Source: Nemertoderma westbladi
Taxonomy: Eukaryota; Animalia; Xenacoelomorpha
Reading direction: 5' to 3'
Length of the DNA: 43,175 nucleotides
Assembly: GCA_032718475.1 (NCBI GenBank)
Contig: JAUCBJ010003386.1
Span: 1 to 43,175, forward strand
How positions within the stretch are numbered: the stretch's first letter is position 1; every line of letters begins with the position of its first letter. The notes under the pieces were generated by a model that worked only from the letters and a program-made list of their open reading frames with translations, made no database searches and was not told where the DNA came from. The translations under genes were made by a program, and so were the position numbers. This document shows, one piece after another, positions 11,557 to 24,440 of the stretch.

Positions 11557-13369
11557 GAATGTATAGGTTGTTAGCAATATGTAAAACTGACACCAACTAA
11601 AAACAATGAATAGGGAATTGGGAAAAATGCTTCTGAAATTAATTACTCAATAGAAATATCCTGACTTAAAAATATAACTTTGTATGTCAGCTTAAATAAA
11701 TGATAAATACTATTATATTATATGTTCTAGACCTTTGAATAACATTACATAAAGGATGGTTACCAGTGTACCTGGCTAGGTGCGGGAAATGGGTGTAATA
11801 ATATTTAATTTAAAAATAGATACCTTGAGATCTAATCGTTCCAGAACACATGACATTAAATTATTACGTATTTCATGTTATGTAATCGACCAATTTTGTA
11901 ATCTTATAAAATACAGTACAGTAGGTCATTGGCCTACATTAGGTCGTTGGGAATTTTACAAATTTTCTCTTAAAATAATTTCTTCAGACTGTTAGAGCGA
12001 ATTAATTTCATCATAAATATGAAAAAAATAGATCTCTTTTTCATTATTCTCGAGGCATTTTATTTACCGAGCCCCAGTGAGATTAATAAAGGGTCAAGTG
12101 AATACTGAAAAAAATATTCTACTTTTTTCCCATGTAATACGTAATTTAATTCTTAAATTTGTACTTTTTTATTGCTCAATTCTTTAATAAAATATAGAGC
12201 GATATAGTGTTACAAAATAAATTTAACTGTAGTATTTTACTATATTGCTTCCATAGTTACTGCGATTAAAATTATTTACTCTTCAATTTCTGATGTTGCC
12301 TTTTACTCAATGTTAAAATAATAATTTAGTATTCTCGAATATTTACAGTATTACGTAACAGACAGCCGCTTAACTAAATAAACCAATATAGGGTATTGGG
12401 TTCCGTTTTGGATTAGGCCTACGCCTTGCAGACACTAAAGTTACAATATATGAATGAATGGAAATAGAAAATCCCGTGAATGGATTTTGCTCAAATTACT
12501 TTCAACCTTTTCTACGTCCTTGCTCTTTGAACACTGGTATAACTTGAACACTGTGTAATACAATAAATTTAAGAAATTCCACCAAAAATATTTTATTTAA
12601 CTTTAGTTTTTAAGGGAAAAAATGTAGAATCAATGCAATCCTACAGTATGAATCCTATGAAACGTTTTTTCCCGATTTTGGGGTATATTTGAGCAAAAAG
12701 GTAACAACTTAATAATAAAATAGATTATATACATATCGTCATCTATTTTCTATTACAGTACAAGTATAATGTATGTAGCTTATATCAAAGGGGACGTTAA
12801 CAATACAGTAATAGCCTTCAAAATATGGATCAACATAAAATGAATATGAGGCAACATGATGATGGTAACCAGATGACAATGACATTAGTACACCTTGGGT
12901 ACCCTTAGTTTGACCAATTTTTTTCATATGAATTATGGCTATTATCATGAGGTTTTTTGTTCTAGAACAAATATTTGACCTTCTGACAGTAACGGTAGCT
13001 AGTAATTTTGATTTTGTGTTACTGTAGCTACTTTTTATAAGATATTAAAAAAATTAAAAGACATGCAGACAATTAAGATTCAATATACTACTATTTTATT
13101 AATGGCGCTAATGAGTTATTATACCTACTGTACTGTATTTAGCCTATTAACCTACTGTATTTAGAACATCAAACACAACTGTTTGTTTGTGTGTTATAAA
13201 TTCTAGTTTAAAAATACTGTAGTTACTAAGAGGACTACCGGTAATCATTTGAAAGGACATTTGTTTTTAATAAAGGTTGTATGGTGATTCCTGTACTATT
13301 CAATTTTTTACCAAAAAATGTTATACTGTAGAACAAAAACAATGTGTTCTAGAACAAAAATATTTAAAA

Positions 13370-13544
13370 GGCCGCGTTCACACTACCGAGTCAGAGTGAA
13401 AATAAAAAATATAGCTAGCTAGCAATAAATAAATAATAATACATTATATATGCCTAATATAATACGCGTTCTAGAAAAAATATGATTTTTTTTTTACATT
13501 TTGTCTTTTGACTTTGACTTTCACTGGGTAGCGTGAACGCGGCC
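13370..13544. mobile_element. Short MITE, Harbinger-like termini
   Basis: TIR GGCCGCGTTCACACTACC / GGTAGCGTGAACGCGGCC; flanks AAA and TAA (imperfect 3-bp TSD). Confidence 0.7.
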
Positions 13545-14562
13545 TAATACGTGTTCTATAACATTCATAAAAAAATAGAAAATATAGCAAATACTAGCTA
13601 ACAGTATAAAAAAAACCTGTGTACCCAAGGTGTAGCCGGCCTACTAATGCCATTCCAGTCAACAGCGACGGTAGCTCGACATCAATCACACAACAATCAG
13701 TACCGGTACCTTTACCTGCAATATCAAATTCTTCAAAGACATCTGGATCAGCCACTGATACAGGCAATGCCGTTATTGAATTTACAAGTGGTTCCATTTT
13801 CACTCCCGACACCAAGGGCGTAGTAGTCCTTGGAAATTCCTTGGAAATACCACAATGGTGGGCCTACTGTACCACATAGTCGAATTTACCTAGGGATGTA
13901 AATTACCTCATGTAATTTAGCGTTTATATCCTAATCGGACCCTTTAGTTCCCGGGGCATTAACTTTCTAGCATTTATGGTGTTTTTGACAATTTCGTCGA
14001 CTTCCTGTTCTCTGTGTTCACATGATTCTAACGAATTTCTACAACCATTTTCATAATTTGTTTCGATATTCTTAAGAGTTCTACCGTAATGACCCATTTA
14101 AAATAATAAATGGATATGCTTCAGAGTAGACCTACTGTAGGTATGGGTGATGGGACCCATATCTGACTCAACTGCGACACCCACCCTGTGGAATGGCAAA
14201 CCAGGGTGTCCAACCACTCCACTAGAGGCCAGTGGAATTACCGAAGGCAATTATCTCAGAATGGTATTTTTCCATTTTCACATCACTACCCCTCAGCCAT
14301 TTTTCAACCAATTTGTAAGTTTTTGATATCAAATGAAAGCTACAGTACTACCGTAGTGTGCGCAATAATAAAATTCGAACAGATTTTTTAGTTTTGCAAT
14401 TGTTCATCTGTTATAACATTTTTTACGAAACACCCCCTCCCCCCCTTAATATGCACTACCCTTTCATTGTAGCGAGTGGTTAAAGACGGCCAAGAAGTAC
14501 TGTAGGGTTGAGCACAGTGGCAGCATATGATGGTATAAACAGATGGGAGGCCATGAGAAGAT

Positions 14563-14680
14563 CAATTGCGGACATACAAAGTATCAGATAGTATTTCCAG
14601 GTCTATCTTTTACATGAGCCGCAATCTGAATGGTTAGAGCGTCAGACTTCCTACCGGAGGTCACCAGTTCGATCCCACCT
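14563..14680 (+). repeat. Repeat with tRNA-derived (SINE-like) segment, copy 1
   Basis: A-box-like TCTGAATGG and B-box GTTCGATCC; homologous to 16302-16422 including about 55 bp upstream of the tRNA-like part. Confidence 0.65.
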
Positions 14681-14839
14681 GAACGTCTTTGCCGACTTTG
14701 CAAAAAGCTGTGCCCAACAAAAAGTTATAACAATATGAAACCATTCATTCACCCATAACACTAATAATACTGTAATAAATTATAAATGCAAGAAAATGTA
14801 ACTTTTCGGCCATAAGACCATCCAAAGGTAAATCCGGCC

Positions 14840-15607
14840 ATGGGTACCACTATGGACTGTTATAGGGCCATAACATCAGCCTCGGAAATTCCTATTCAAG
14901 GGAAACCTATTGATTTTGAAACATCGCCTCATGGGCGTTATAAAAGGAATAAATATAGAGAAAATAAATTAATATATATGTCCATAGACGTAGAGACAAC
15001 ATCCTTTATATCCAGGATGAGTTTTGATATGGTTTTCACCTTTAAAATTTCGCACCGTACAAAGATAAATATCAACAGCGATAGAAATACAGTCACTCTG
15101 AAAAATACGACATGTCATACAATTGATGTTTTGTTCCAAAGTGTAGACGACGCCAACAGATTTTATGATGAAGTTTTGACCGTACAAAAATCGAAATATG
15201 ACTATAGGGCTGCTGGGGCCTATACCTTAATAAATGGTTATGGAGTATTATATGGTGGATGGAAATCTAATATAGATATTGAAGCTATCAAAGTAAGTTT
15301 TCGCCGCTGTAGGCCAGAATTTGATTCTACCATTGGATTTCATTTAAAGCTTGATAAAGACATTTTCACCTACAGTCATGAGGGACAGGCAGAAGAGTGT
15401 CGTTTAAGTAAACTTCAGGAAGGAACAAGAATAGGTAGACCCTATAATAATACTACTGAAGTTCACGTAATTTATCCCACAAGTTCTAACAACGGCGGTT
15501 GTCGCTTCAAATTTGAATCAACAGAAGAAGCCAGAAAATTTGAGTTTTCTCTTATTAGCATTGCGAAAGCTTACTTAGGATGGCGTTTGGAACGGGCGGA
15601 CTTCTAA
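14840..15607 (+). CDS. Intronless hypothetical protein, 255 aa, possibly two tandem PH-like domains
   Basis: 768-bp open frame in AT-rich DNA, Kozak-like GCCATGG, globular composition. Each half ends in a strand+helix motif (VLFQSVDDANRFYDEV; FKFESTEEARKFEFSL). ATTAAA about 105 nt downstream. Confidence 0.7.
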   Translation: MGTTMDCYRAITSASEIPIQGKPIDFETSPHGRYKRNKYRENKLIYMSIDVETTSFISRMSFDMVFTFKISHRTKININSDRNTVTLKNTTCHTIDVLFQSVDDANRFYDEVLTVQKSKYDYRAAGAYTLINGYGVLYGGWKSNIDIEAIKVSFRRCRPEFDSTIGFHLKLDKDIFTYSHEGQAEECRLSKLQEGTRIGRPYNNTTEVHVIYPTSSNNGGCRFKFESTEEARKFEFSLISIAKAYLGWRLERADF

Positions 15608-16301
15608 TAACAATAGAAAATTACACAAGATAATCTGATACTCAATAATAATATTATCAAATATCTTATCTGTTAAATAAGATATACTGAATAACTATTA
15701 TTATTGTTTCAATTAAAACGTATTCACACTCAAGTTTAGGCTGAGATAGATACACATATACTGTATACCAACATTGTAAAGCGTCCTTTTCAAAGGACGG
15801 CGATCTTTTAAAAAAAATACATTTTTTAATGTCTTTGCATTAAGAGATTCATTGACAAATTACAATTCGTACGGACCTCGTTCTTTCCTCAATTTTTAAA
15901 ATTACGGAATATTAATGTTCCTAACCAACTATGGTACGAGACCGTCTCTACCTCTGTCATCAGCTTCGTCAAAAACCCAATCAGAGAAGTCCAAGTACAG
16001 TCAGTACTTCAGAGAGCACAGTGGCTGTACGTACAGTAGATTATGGTATTGAGAGTTGGCGATGAGGACCGTCTCTTCCTTTATACTGCATCTGGTTTAT
16101 ATTAAATATCCTTTTTTTTTAAGTAATTTATTTTTACCGTATTTTATTCGATTTTGTGGTACCTCTTATTGCTTTTGTCTTATTTTACTTCACTGTGTGA
16201 TGCTTCCCTTGCATGGGGGAGTGCCCTAAGTGGCACAATTGTGTATTTTAACCTGCAATACTATTGACTATTAAATCCATATTCAATTCAATTCAGGACG
16301 C

Positions 16302-16422
16302 AAATTGCGGACTATGAAGGAATCAGGTAGTATTTCCGGTCTACCTTTTATCTGAACCGCTAGCTGAATGGTTACAGCGTCATACTGTACTCCCAACCTG
16401 GATGTCACCAGTTCAATCCCAC
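16302..16422 (+). repeat. Repeat with tRNA-derived (SINE-like) segment, copy 2
   Basis: TAGCTGAATGG (A box) and GTTCAATCC (B box); direct repeat of 14563-14680 with an extra CTGTA. Confidence 0.65.
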
Positions 16423-17129
16423 ATGGTAGTCAGTGCCAAATTTTTACGAAAATTATAAACATCCAATCAAACCGAGTGTATCATTGTGTGTCGTGTTGTA
16501 ATACCACGTCGTTTACTTTAGCTATCGCTTCTCAATGCACCACTTCCTCCACTCATTTAACGTGGGATGGGAGTTATTCTCCCTCCCCCTCGTTTCCAAA
16601 AGATAATTGATAATGTAAGTACAGTTCTCCTCTCTACAAAAAAATCTTATTCCGACATTTTGTTGTGTATTATCCCAAATCACCGAATTAATCTTCAGCC
16701 ATTATCTTAGAAGGACACTGTAGCAAGAAGGTGACTCTGTGGTAATTCCGATTGTACTGTATGTAAATTAAATTATTCATAACTTATTTGAGTCGTAGAT
16801 TTACCCATTTCACGGCTCCAGTAAAATTTGCATATTTATAACTTATTTAATAGATTCGCCTGCGTATTTCTAAGAAATTTGGGTAAAGATAATTATTAAT
16901 ATAATAGGTACAGTAGATATAAATAATCACATTTGAATGAAAATATATACTTTTTTGAATGTAAAATTATCTATAGGTTTATGTTTTACACTAAAATGTC
17001 ATACTATATAGTAATATATAATTTTTATATTATTTTTAAAATTCTGCATAAATAAAACTAACTTATACACTATTTGCATCAGAGAGCCACGCTAAATTTA
17101 ATTACCGGTACTCGTCTTATTTGTCAGTT

Positions 17130-17370
17130 CAAAGCAAAAAAGCAAACAGTCGGCAGAAGCCGGAGGCGACCCGAAGGCTCCTCTTTCGATAGCTGGTACC
17201 CGAGGGTAGGGGTGGGCGCTACTCCTATCCCAAGATTTGCTCCCAGTTATTTAACTGGTAATCATTTTATCGACCCCAGTGGATGAAAGGCTGAGTGGAC
17301 CCTGGCGGGGCTGAACCTACAACCAATTGATTGCAGGCCCGGCGCTCAACCAACTGAGCTACCCAGCCAG
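17130..17370 (-). mobile_element. Full-length tRNA-derived SINE with Nin/Deu-like central domain
   Basis: Minus strand: GGCTGGGTAGCTCAGTTGGTTGAGCG (A box)..GGTTCAGCCCC (B-box-like), then GGTCCACTCAGCCTTTCATCC..GGGGTCGATAAAATGATTACCAG (resembles the Nin/Deu core from memory) and a T-rich tail. Exact 13-bp TSD TTATTTGTCAGTT at 17117-17129 and 17371-17383. Confidence 0.85.
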
Positions 17371-19877
17371 TTATTTGTCAGTTAAGTGTCGTTAAAGATA
17401 ACAGTTTTGTTAATTGTTATATACATAATTACACTCTATGAACGTGTTCCTTTCCTGAAATTGAAACAATATCGTTTATTGCTTCGGTTGCAAAAGACTG
17501 GCTTCTATAAAGGTTACACCAATTTTAGCAGCGATCGGTAGCGATCGGCAGCGGTGAGCGACTTGTGTGTTATTCAACAATATCACATGAAGGGAATGCC
17601 TAGCCTGGAGTTTTCTTTTTACAGTACTCTGTTCAAACATCAAACAAACAACTGTGGGGCCTTGAGTCGTTATCATTTTTCTACAATTAGGGAACTACGA
17701 GGGTGGGGGCACTGTGTGTGTTTTTACGAAAACCCACACCGCAATTTTACCAGCCATATTTATTATTTTTTAATTACGGGGGTTTACCATTTTGAAGACA
17801 CCTACTGTACAGTCTATGGAGGATTAAGAGTTCTGAATACTGTATATGCATTGTAATTATTATACAGTAAATGTATTGGTAAGTTCTTATGATGTTTTTC
17901 AGGGAAAAATGGAAAACACATTCATTACTACTGTATACAGGTATGTTGAAATAAAATTTTGATGCATAATTCAAATCTCGGATTTTCCCAAAATTTCAAG
18001 TGTGCCACGCCCTAATAAAGTTGCGCCCAAAAACGGCGTACCACTACACTTATGTAGGCCTATTTGAATAGAGAATTCAATATCAATCAGAAACAATACA
18101 AAAGCCCAAAATATCGAATAATAATGACGAACTCATAAATGACCTTGAACATAAAAATGTAGAAATCCAATTGCGACGCCGTTTTTTGCAAAAAAAAATG
18201 CGTCATAAAATTTGGCTAATTCTGGAAAAAAAACTGTGTAGATACTGTACATACAGTAATGTGGATATTAAGTTTTACAGCAAATAATCTCAGAGAACAT
18301 TTATAGTTTTACAATACTCTTTCTCCTTCATTAGACTCGTTACGCTCGTCCTGTTTTGTCTCAAAATGTTTTTCCTAGACTGTGAACGACGACCTCTATA
18401 ACTTATGCAAAGTTTCGAAACTACGAAAGGTACTGCTGATTTATAGCAGATGGGTACTTGCATCCACTGCAAAACTCGTTGCGTTCGTTCGTTTTTTCTT
18501 TACCAAACTTCAGTTTATTTCTAAACTGTTGGCGGACTACATACGTACCAAGTTTTGTTTAATTCCATCAAGTTATTAGGAATCAAAAATTTACAACGAC
18601 AGACGACAGACAACATAGTCCTACACTAGGTTTGGGCCTACAGTGTTGCAAGCGAATGCTAAAACGATTGAAACACGTACGTGGGGACTTCGCGCAGCAC
18701 TTAAGTCCAGATTAAACTTTGCGTACCGGTATTCCCAATCCTTACACCTCTTGAATTAACACCTGGGATTGGTTAATTAACTACCTGTATTACTTGATTG
18801 GGCGTTGAAATTATGTAAGGAATGGAGAGAGTGGACGAAATACTGTAGTTTAAGGATTTTATACTCAGTTGGCAGATAGAAAGTGTTCCAAACGCTGTAA
18901 GGAATGGAAAAAGTGGGGGAAATCATGGACGGGTTGTAGGGTTGCAAGCGAATGCTGAAACGATTGAAACTATGGATACTCCTTTATACACAGGGTTCAA
19001 AGTACTTAGGTTTGCTTAGGAATAGTCGGTCTGCTATTCGTGTACAGTGTGCTGTGCAACCAACTGTACTAGCGCGTTGACGAGTAGCTCTTACAAAAGG
19101 AAGTAAACGGATACCTGCTGGCCGAACACATGCTACTGATAAGACTGATACGGCGCTAGTAAATGCCCTAGAAACCAGTCGCTAAACAAAAATGCATACA
19201 GTATCTAACAAATGCTAAAGGACATTAGAAAAATAAAGATGGAGTTTATTTAATTGGAGCTTTTAGATTTACGAAAGCTTAACTAGCATAAAACATTCCA
19301 CCACCAGTACTGATCAAAATGACATATCGTCCAATATTCCAAACCAGATTGTTTGCGAGTATAGTCAACACAATACTCGTTTCACTCATTGGTCTCGTTG
19401 CGCTCGTCCTAAAGGCCCCACGCAAATATTTCTTGGAAAATTTCTAAACATTTACCAAAGGACATGGATACCAAGTTTGGTTAAATTTCCTCAAGGAATG
19501 ACGAAGTTATTAGCGAAAATTTACGATGACAGGCGACGACGACATACAACTCGTCAATCGTATCCCTATGCTAAGGCATCGCTCACTTCGTGGCTCGCCC
19601 CACATCGAGAAAGGAACGGAATTACTGTAGTTTACATCATGCTCTCGTGTGAAATATATATATGGGTGATTTGAGTTAAAGTGAGGTTAGATAGATAAGT
19701 AAAGACAAATAAATAAAGAAACGAAAACACGGAAAAACAACAAACATAATGGCTACATTTCCAGTAATACTAATTAATTATATTAATAAACAGTTACCAT
19801 TAACATACAGTACTGTATAATAAAAAAATTATTTATATTAATATTATATTAAATTGTTTATATATTTCCAAACATAA

Positions 19878-20159
19878 ATGAGATTCCCTGGATTCCCTTT
19901 TCGTGAAGGCCTATTCGTGAATCAAGGAGATCAGACAACAGCTGCAGATATGGTAACAACAACAGAATCCCCGCATCCTTACTCCCCCATAGTCTACCAC
20001 TTTCTCTACGCTCATTTCATCTTCATCGCCCTCATGGTATTGATTATCGGATTCTGTGTGGTTCGAAAAATTAATCGAATGAAATCCAGAAGTCAAGACG
20101 TAATTATAGATCCGTGGTCCTGTCTCAACCATGTGGATCACATCCAATCGGATCACTAA
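19878..20159 (+). CDS. Putative small single-pass membrane protein, 93 aa
   Basis: GC step-up at the ATG after a very AT-rich leader; Thr-rich N-terminus, hydrophobic FLYAHFIFIALMVLIIGFCVV, then basic RKINRMKSR. Confidence 0.45.
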   Translation: MRFPGFPFREGLFVNQGDQTTAADMVTTTESPHPYSPIVYHFLYAHFIFIALMVLIIGFCVVRKINRMKSRSQDVIIDPWSCLNHVDHIQSDH

Positions 20160-20525
20160 CCCCCACCGTAACTGAGTACTGGCTAACTAACAATAGCAGT
20201 GGGGAAGGAATAAGTGTCGTTTTGTTTAGCGTGTGCCTAGGCCTAGTTTTCGTTGTTTCTGTATATTATTTTGGCGCGTTCAATGTTACACTCTTACACT
20301 AAAACCAATTACATAGTAATATTTTACCGGTAAAATTTGTAACATTTATTTGTTCTAGAACAATAATAAAATAGCGAAAAATGTACATAATCGATGTTTA
20401 CAATTAATTTGTTAACTTAATGTTTTTCCACCATCCTTCTTTCTTTGCCTACACTGGTTGAGGCATAGGCCTTCCGTATTATTGGAATGGTAACATTGTT
20501 ATAATAGAAGTTTGTGATTATTTAA

Positions 20526-21296
20526 GGGGACCATAACCACAAATTTTTTTTATTTATAAATAAGGTGCTATTTTGAAACTTTAACACAATGATGTGATGG
20601 ATAGCGTAAATCCGATTGTTCGAAAAATATGGCACGATTTGTGCATGTCGATTTTTTTTTAATTGTATACATTTTCAGGCATTTAAATGTAAAATATCTC
20701 ATATAGAGTAGAAGGACCAGTAAATTCACCTGGGTTGAATTTCTCGGTCCAAGATTTTGGTACAATGGACATACTGTAGATATGTAGACCTTGTTTTTTG
20801 AAAATTGCAGCTTGAAATAATTGTTTTAGAAAGATTTATGACGGTTTTAGTTGGTTCCTACTATATTTTGCGTAATATATATTTTGTGATAGACAAAGAG
20901 TAGCAGTTACTAAATAAAACGAATCTAGAGCATTCGAATGGCCTTATTTTACAAAACCAATACTCACGAAAGTAGCCCTAAAGCAGCTGAATATTTTGGC
21001 ATATATGTTTGATAACAATTGAATAAAAAATGAGGAAAGTACAGTAGTAGCGAATTTAGTGATGAAATATGTCGAAATCGTCAAACTGAGAAAAAGGTTG
21101 ATTTATACAGAGAGCCATGAATATCAGCAATACATTATGTGTAGTAGAAAAGTGATGTTTTGTTGTGAAAAATCATTCAGTGCTGAAAACCGGTGTCACT
21201 GCATAAAAGCCCCTCTATCAAACGAAAACAGATCAATTTTTTTTTTAAATTTGTGAATTTTCGAAAATTTCACTCCCTTTGGAGGTAATGATCCCC
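20526..21296. mobile_element. Non-autonomous Kolobok-like DNA transposon
   Basis: TTAA|GGGGACCATAACCAC ... GAGGTAATGATCCCC|TTAA: TTAA TSD with RR..YY termini and short imperfect TIRs. Confidence 0.75.
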
Positions 21297-24200
21297 TTAA
21301 GAAAAGGATCTAAAGTGTTACTTTGCAGGACACTAGCCAGGATTGAGGTAGTTAACTTAATTCAATGTTTTGTATTCTGGAACGATTACCGAAATAAAAT
21401 CAAGGTATTTATTTTTAAATTGAACATTATTACATCATTGTCCTTGATAACGTAGTGTTACCAGCATTAATTCTAAAATATAGAATTTAGGTCACGAAGC
21501 TGGTATTTTTTAAGAGACCGGATATTAGAAATTCTACACGCGAAAAGATTTTATAGTTCCTCTCTCGTTATAGACTTCGTGTTGACGAAGCCCAAACTAA
21601 TGTTACATTGAACATATATTACAATATGATGAGGAGGAATACTGAACTCCTAAACGAGCATAGGTTGCACGAGTTCTGAGATGTTCGTAGTACCAAAGTA
21701 GGTCTAAGTCGTTCGCACGAATTATTGTTTTATAATAATTAAAAAATCTTATTACCCTATTTGAGTTAAATATAATTATGAAACTGCTAAATTTATTTCC
21801 AAAAAGTAGCGAATAAAAAAACATTTTAATATGTGTAGCGCGTCACCCTTTTTTAAATAACACCAATTTCAAATTCATAGGATATCGACATTCCGTACTA
21901 TGTAGGTTTATAGCATCCCTCTTTAACAATTCATGGTTACGCTAGCGCGGCAGTTTATTTTATTCTACCTGGCACGGTATATGCTGTCGATGACAGCCAT
22001 TACAATAATAGCGTTTACTTATTTAAAATCGATAATCACCCAGTTTATTAACCTTTGGCCTCGGGGCAGAGTTCGCACAATGTCGATAACATAACATATC
22101 ACACATTGGCTCAAGTAGGATTTAAAGAAACCAACCCGCACTAAATAGAAGCAATTTAATGTAGAAAGCTTGGTCGCCAGGTGATAATGTTCCAGCCACA
22201 GCTACGAACTCAACTCATTTATAGGCGGTGGCGGTAGAACAACCAAGTTATGGATAGATAATAGATGATTTAATTATTGTGCCACTGATTACATTTACTC
22301 GATCGTTGCTATTGCACTACAGATATATTGCACATATGATAACGTCACAAATAAACTACAATTACATAATTATTAAATTTCTAAAAATGCACATTTAAAT
22401 AAATAATTTAGTACTTTAAAATAAAGACTAAGTTTCATATTAATTAATTAATTAATTAATAATAAGAATGTATAAATTCTGCGGAGAGCTATGCGAATAA
22501 AAAAAACTTTTAGATCTTCATAATTACAATAACTATGATTACGGTATGTTATGTAGGATGCATATTTTGCAAGATTCCAACCCGCAAATAATGAGCTTAA
22601 CCCCTAAATAAGAACAACCAGTTTTTGTAAAATTGTAAAAACGTTGTACATGACAACTTATCAGCATATTATTCACACCGACTCACCACATGGAATAAAT
22701 TCAATGTGGCTCAGATTTCAATATAACAATACTAATTATTACTTCGCCTAAAAACAATTTAGCTAACCTTCTCCACACATTAATGCGCTTAACAGGAGAA
22801 CATTCGATGCCATAAGAATGCCACCACTTCCCGTGCTTGGATCCCTCTCTCAGCACCTAACCAAGAACCCGGCAATCAATAGTCTGGGGTGATGTAGTAG
22901 AATTTTAGCGGAGTTTCCTGCTTGTGCTAATATGCAATCCCGCCCGGTCGGGGAGCCATAAGCCGTGTAATTACATACAGTATCGGCCTATAGCCACTAG
23001 CCAGTGAGTTTATACTCGATGCTTGAGGAGTTAGGAGCCTGCACTCTACAATAGCTACCGACGGAATGCGCAATCAGAATAAAGGTGATACTAAACTCAT
23101 TTGGATACTGTAAGTGAATGGGTCGAATCGATCAAACAATCTACCTACATGTATAATAAATATAAACAAAGATAAATACCTAAAATAAACTATATAGGTG
23201 CTGAAGATAAAAACATGTTTGGGACGGTAATTATATACTAAATATAAATGATCAATTAACCGAATTTAAATATAATTTAATCGCTATGAATTATTTCTAT
23301 ATATAAAGTGTACAAATAAATTTACTTAATTGCCTATATTTGTCTTCTAAATTAATAAAATGCACCAATAATAATATAATGAAGTTCATACAATACTGTA
23401 CATGATGGTTTTATTAGCTAATAAGTACAAATAATGTTCCGTTAAATAATCAAATAGTCCGTGAAAATTAGTTAAGTAGTAGAATATTATTCAACAAAGA
23501 TAGAAACACAGCAGTTTATATTCAGCAAATCAAAATAATACAACAGCTGTATAAATATACATTCTAAATATTCAGACAAACTGGTGCGTCGCGATCATTT
23601 CCGAATTAATATACTTATTTGCTGCTCTACAATTAATCTTTAGCATTAAATCAACTCAAGTCTTAGTCTTTAGGACCAAAAAACTATTAGTTAAATAATT
23701 ATTAACACCAATAATTGTTTCGATATTTCAATCCATTTTGTTCTATATCCGTTCATGCAGATGAAACAAGCTATATAAAAAGCTAATGCAATCCAGAATA
23801 AAAAAAAAAGAATGACGGACGGCTCCAAAAAAAGCAGCGAAAATTAGCACGAAAAAGATCAATTTTTAAAGATAACTAATTGATGAACCGCGACTGTATC
23901 CGTATAGGCTAACTGAGAATACTGAAGAAATTATCTAGGCCTAACATTGAGATGAGATATCAAATACTGTGTAGTTGTTACTAAATGCGATGTAAACACA
24001 AGGATATATACACATTTACATATATATATACTAAACATATACAATACATATCATCCATAACATATGGTATATAACGGAACGGTGGAGTTTTTCGTTTAGC
24101 TGCAAATAATATTACACAAACCGGTACATGTAAATTAATATATTGTATATATATATATATAATAACGCAAACAGGTCATTAAATCTATCTAATAATTCTT

Positions 24201-24440
24201 AACCGGCCAGTCGTAACACAAAATTACATGCCATAACTGCTGACTTCGTCAAACCGAAAGCAAATACTTACAATTTAATTTGTCGTTCAAAATACATAAA
24301 TCTAAGTAGCAAAACATATTGATTGTTAAATTAATATAACGTGATTAACACTTAAGTAGAACTCCGAAGTAGAATAAATGCCGACTATGAATCACAATAA
24401 CGTTAAATATATTTCATTTATTCCGATACATTGAGGGTCT

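Noticed and set aside
12739-12948. 69-aa minus-strand ORF as a terminal exon
   Set aside because: No recognisable motif or convincing acceptor; cannot be supported from sequence alone.
14618-17370. Functional tRNA genes at about 14620, 16356 and 17300
   Set aside because: A/B boxes are present but the acceptor and anticodon stems do not pair; they are parts of repeats or a SINE.
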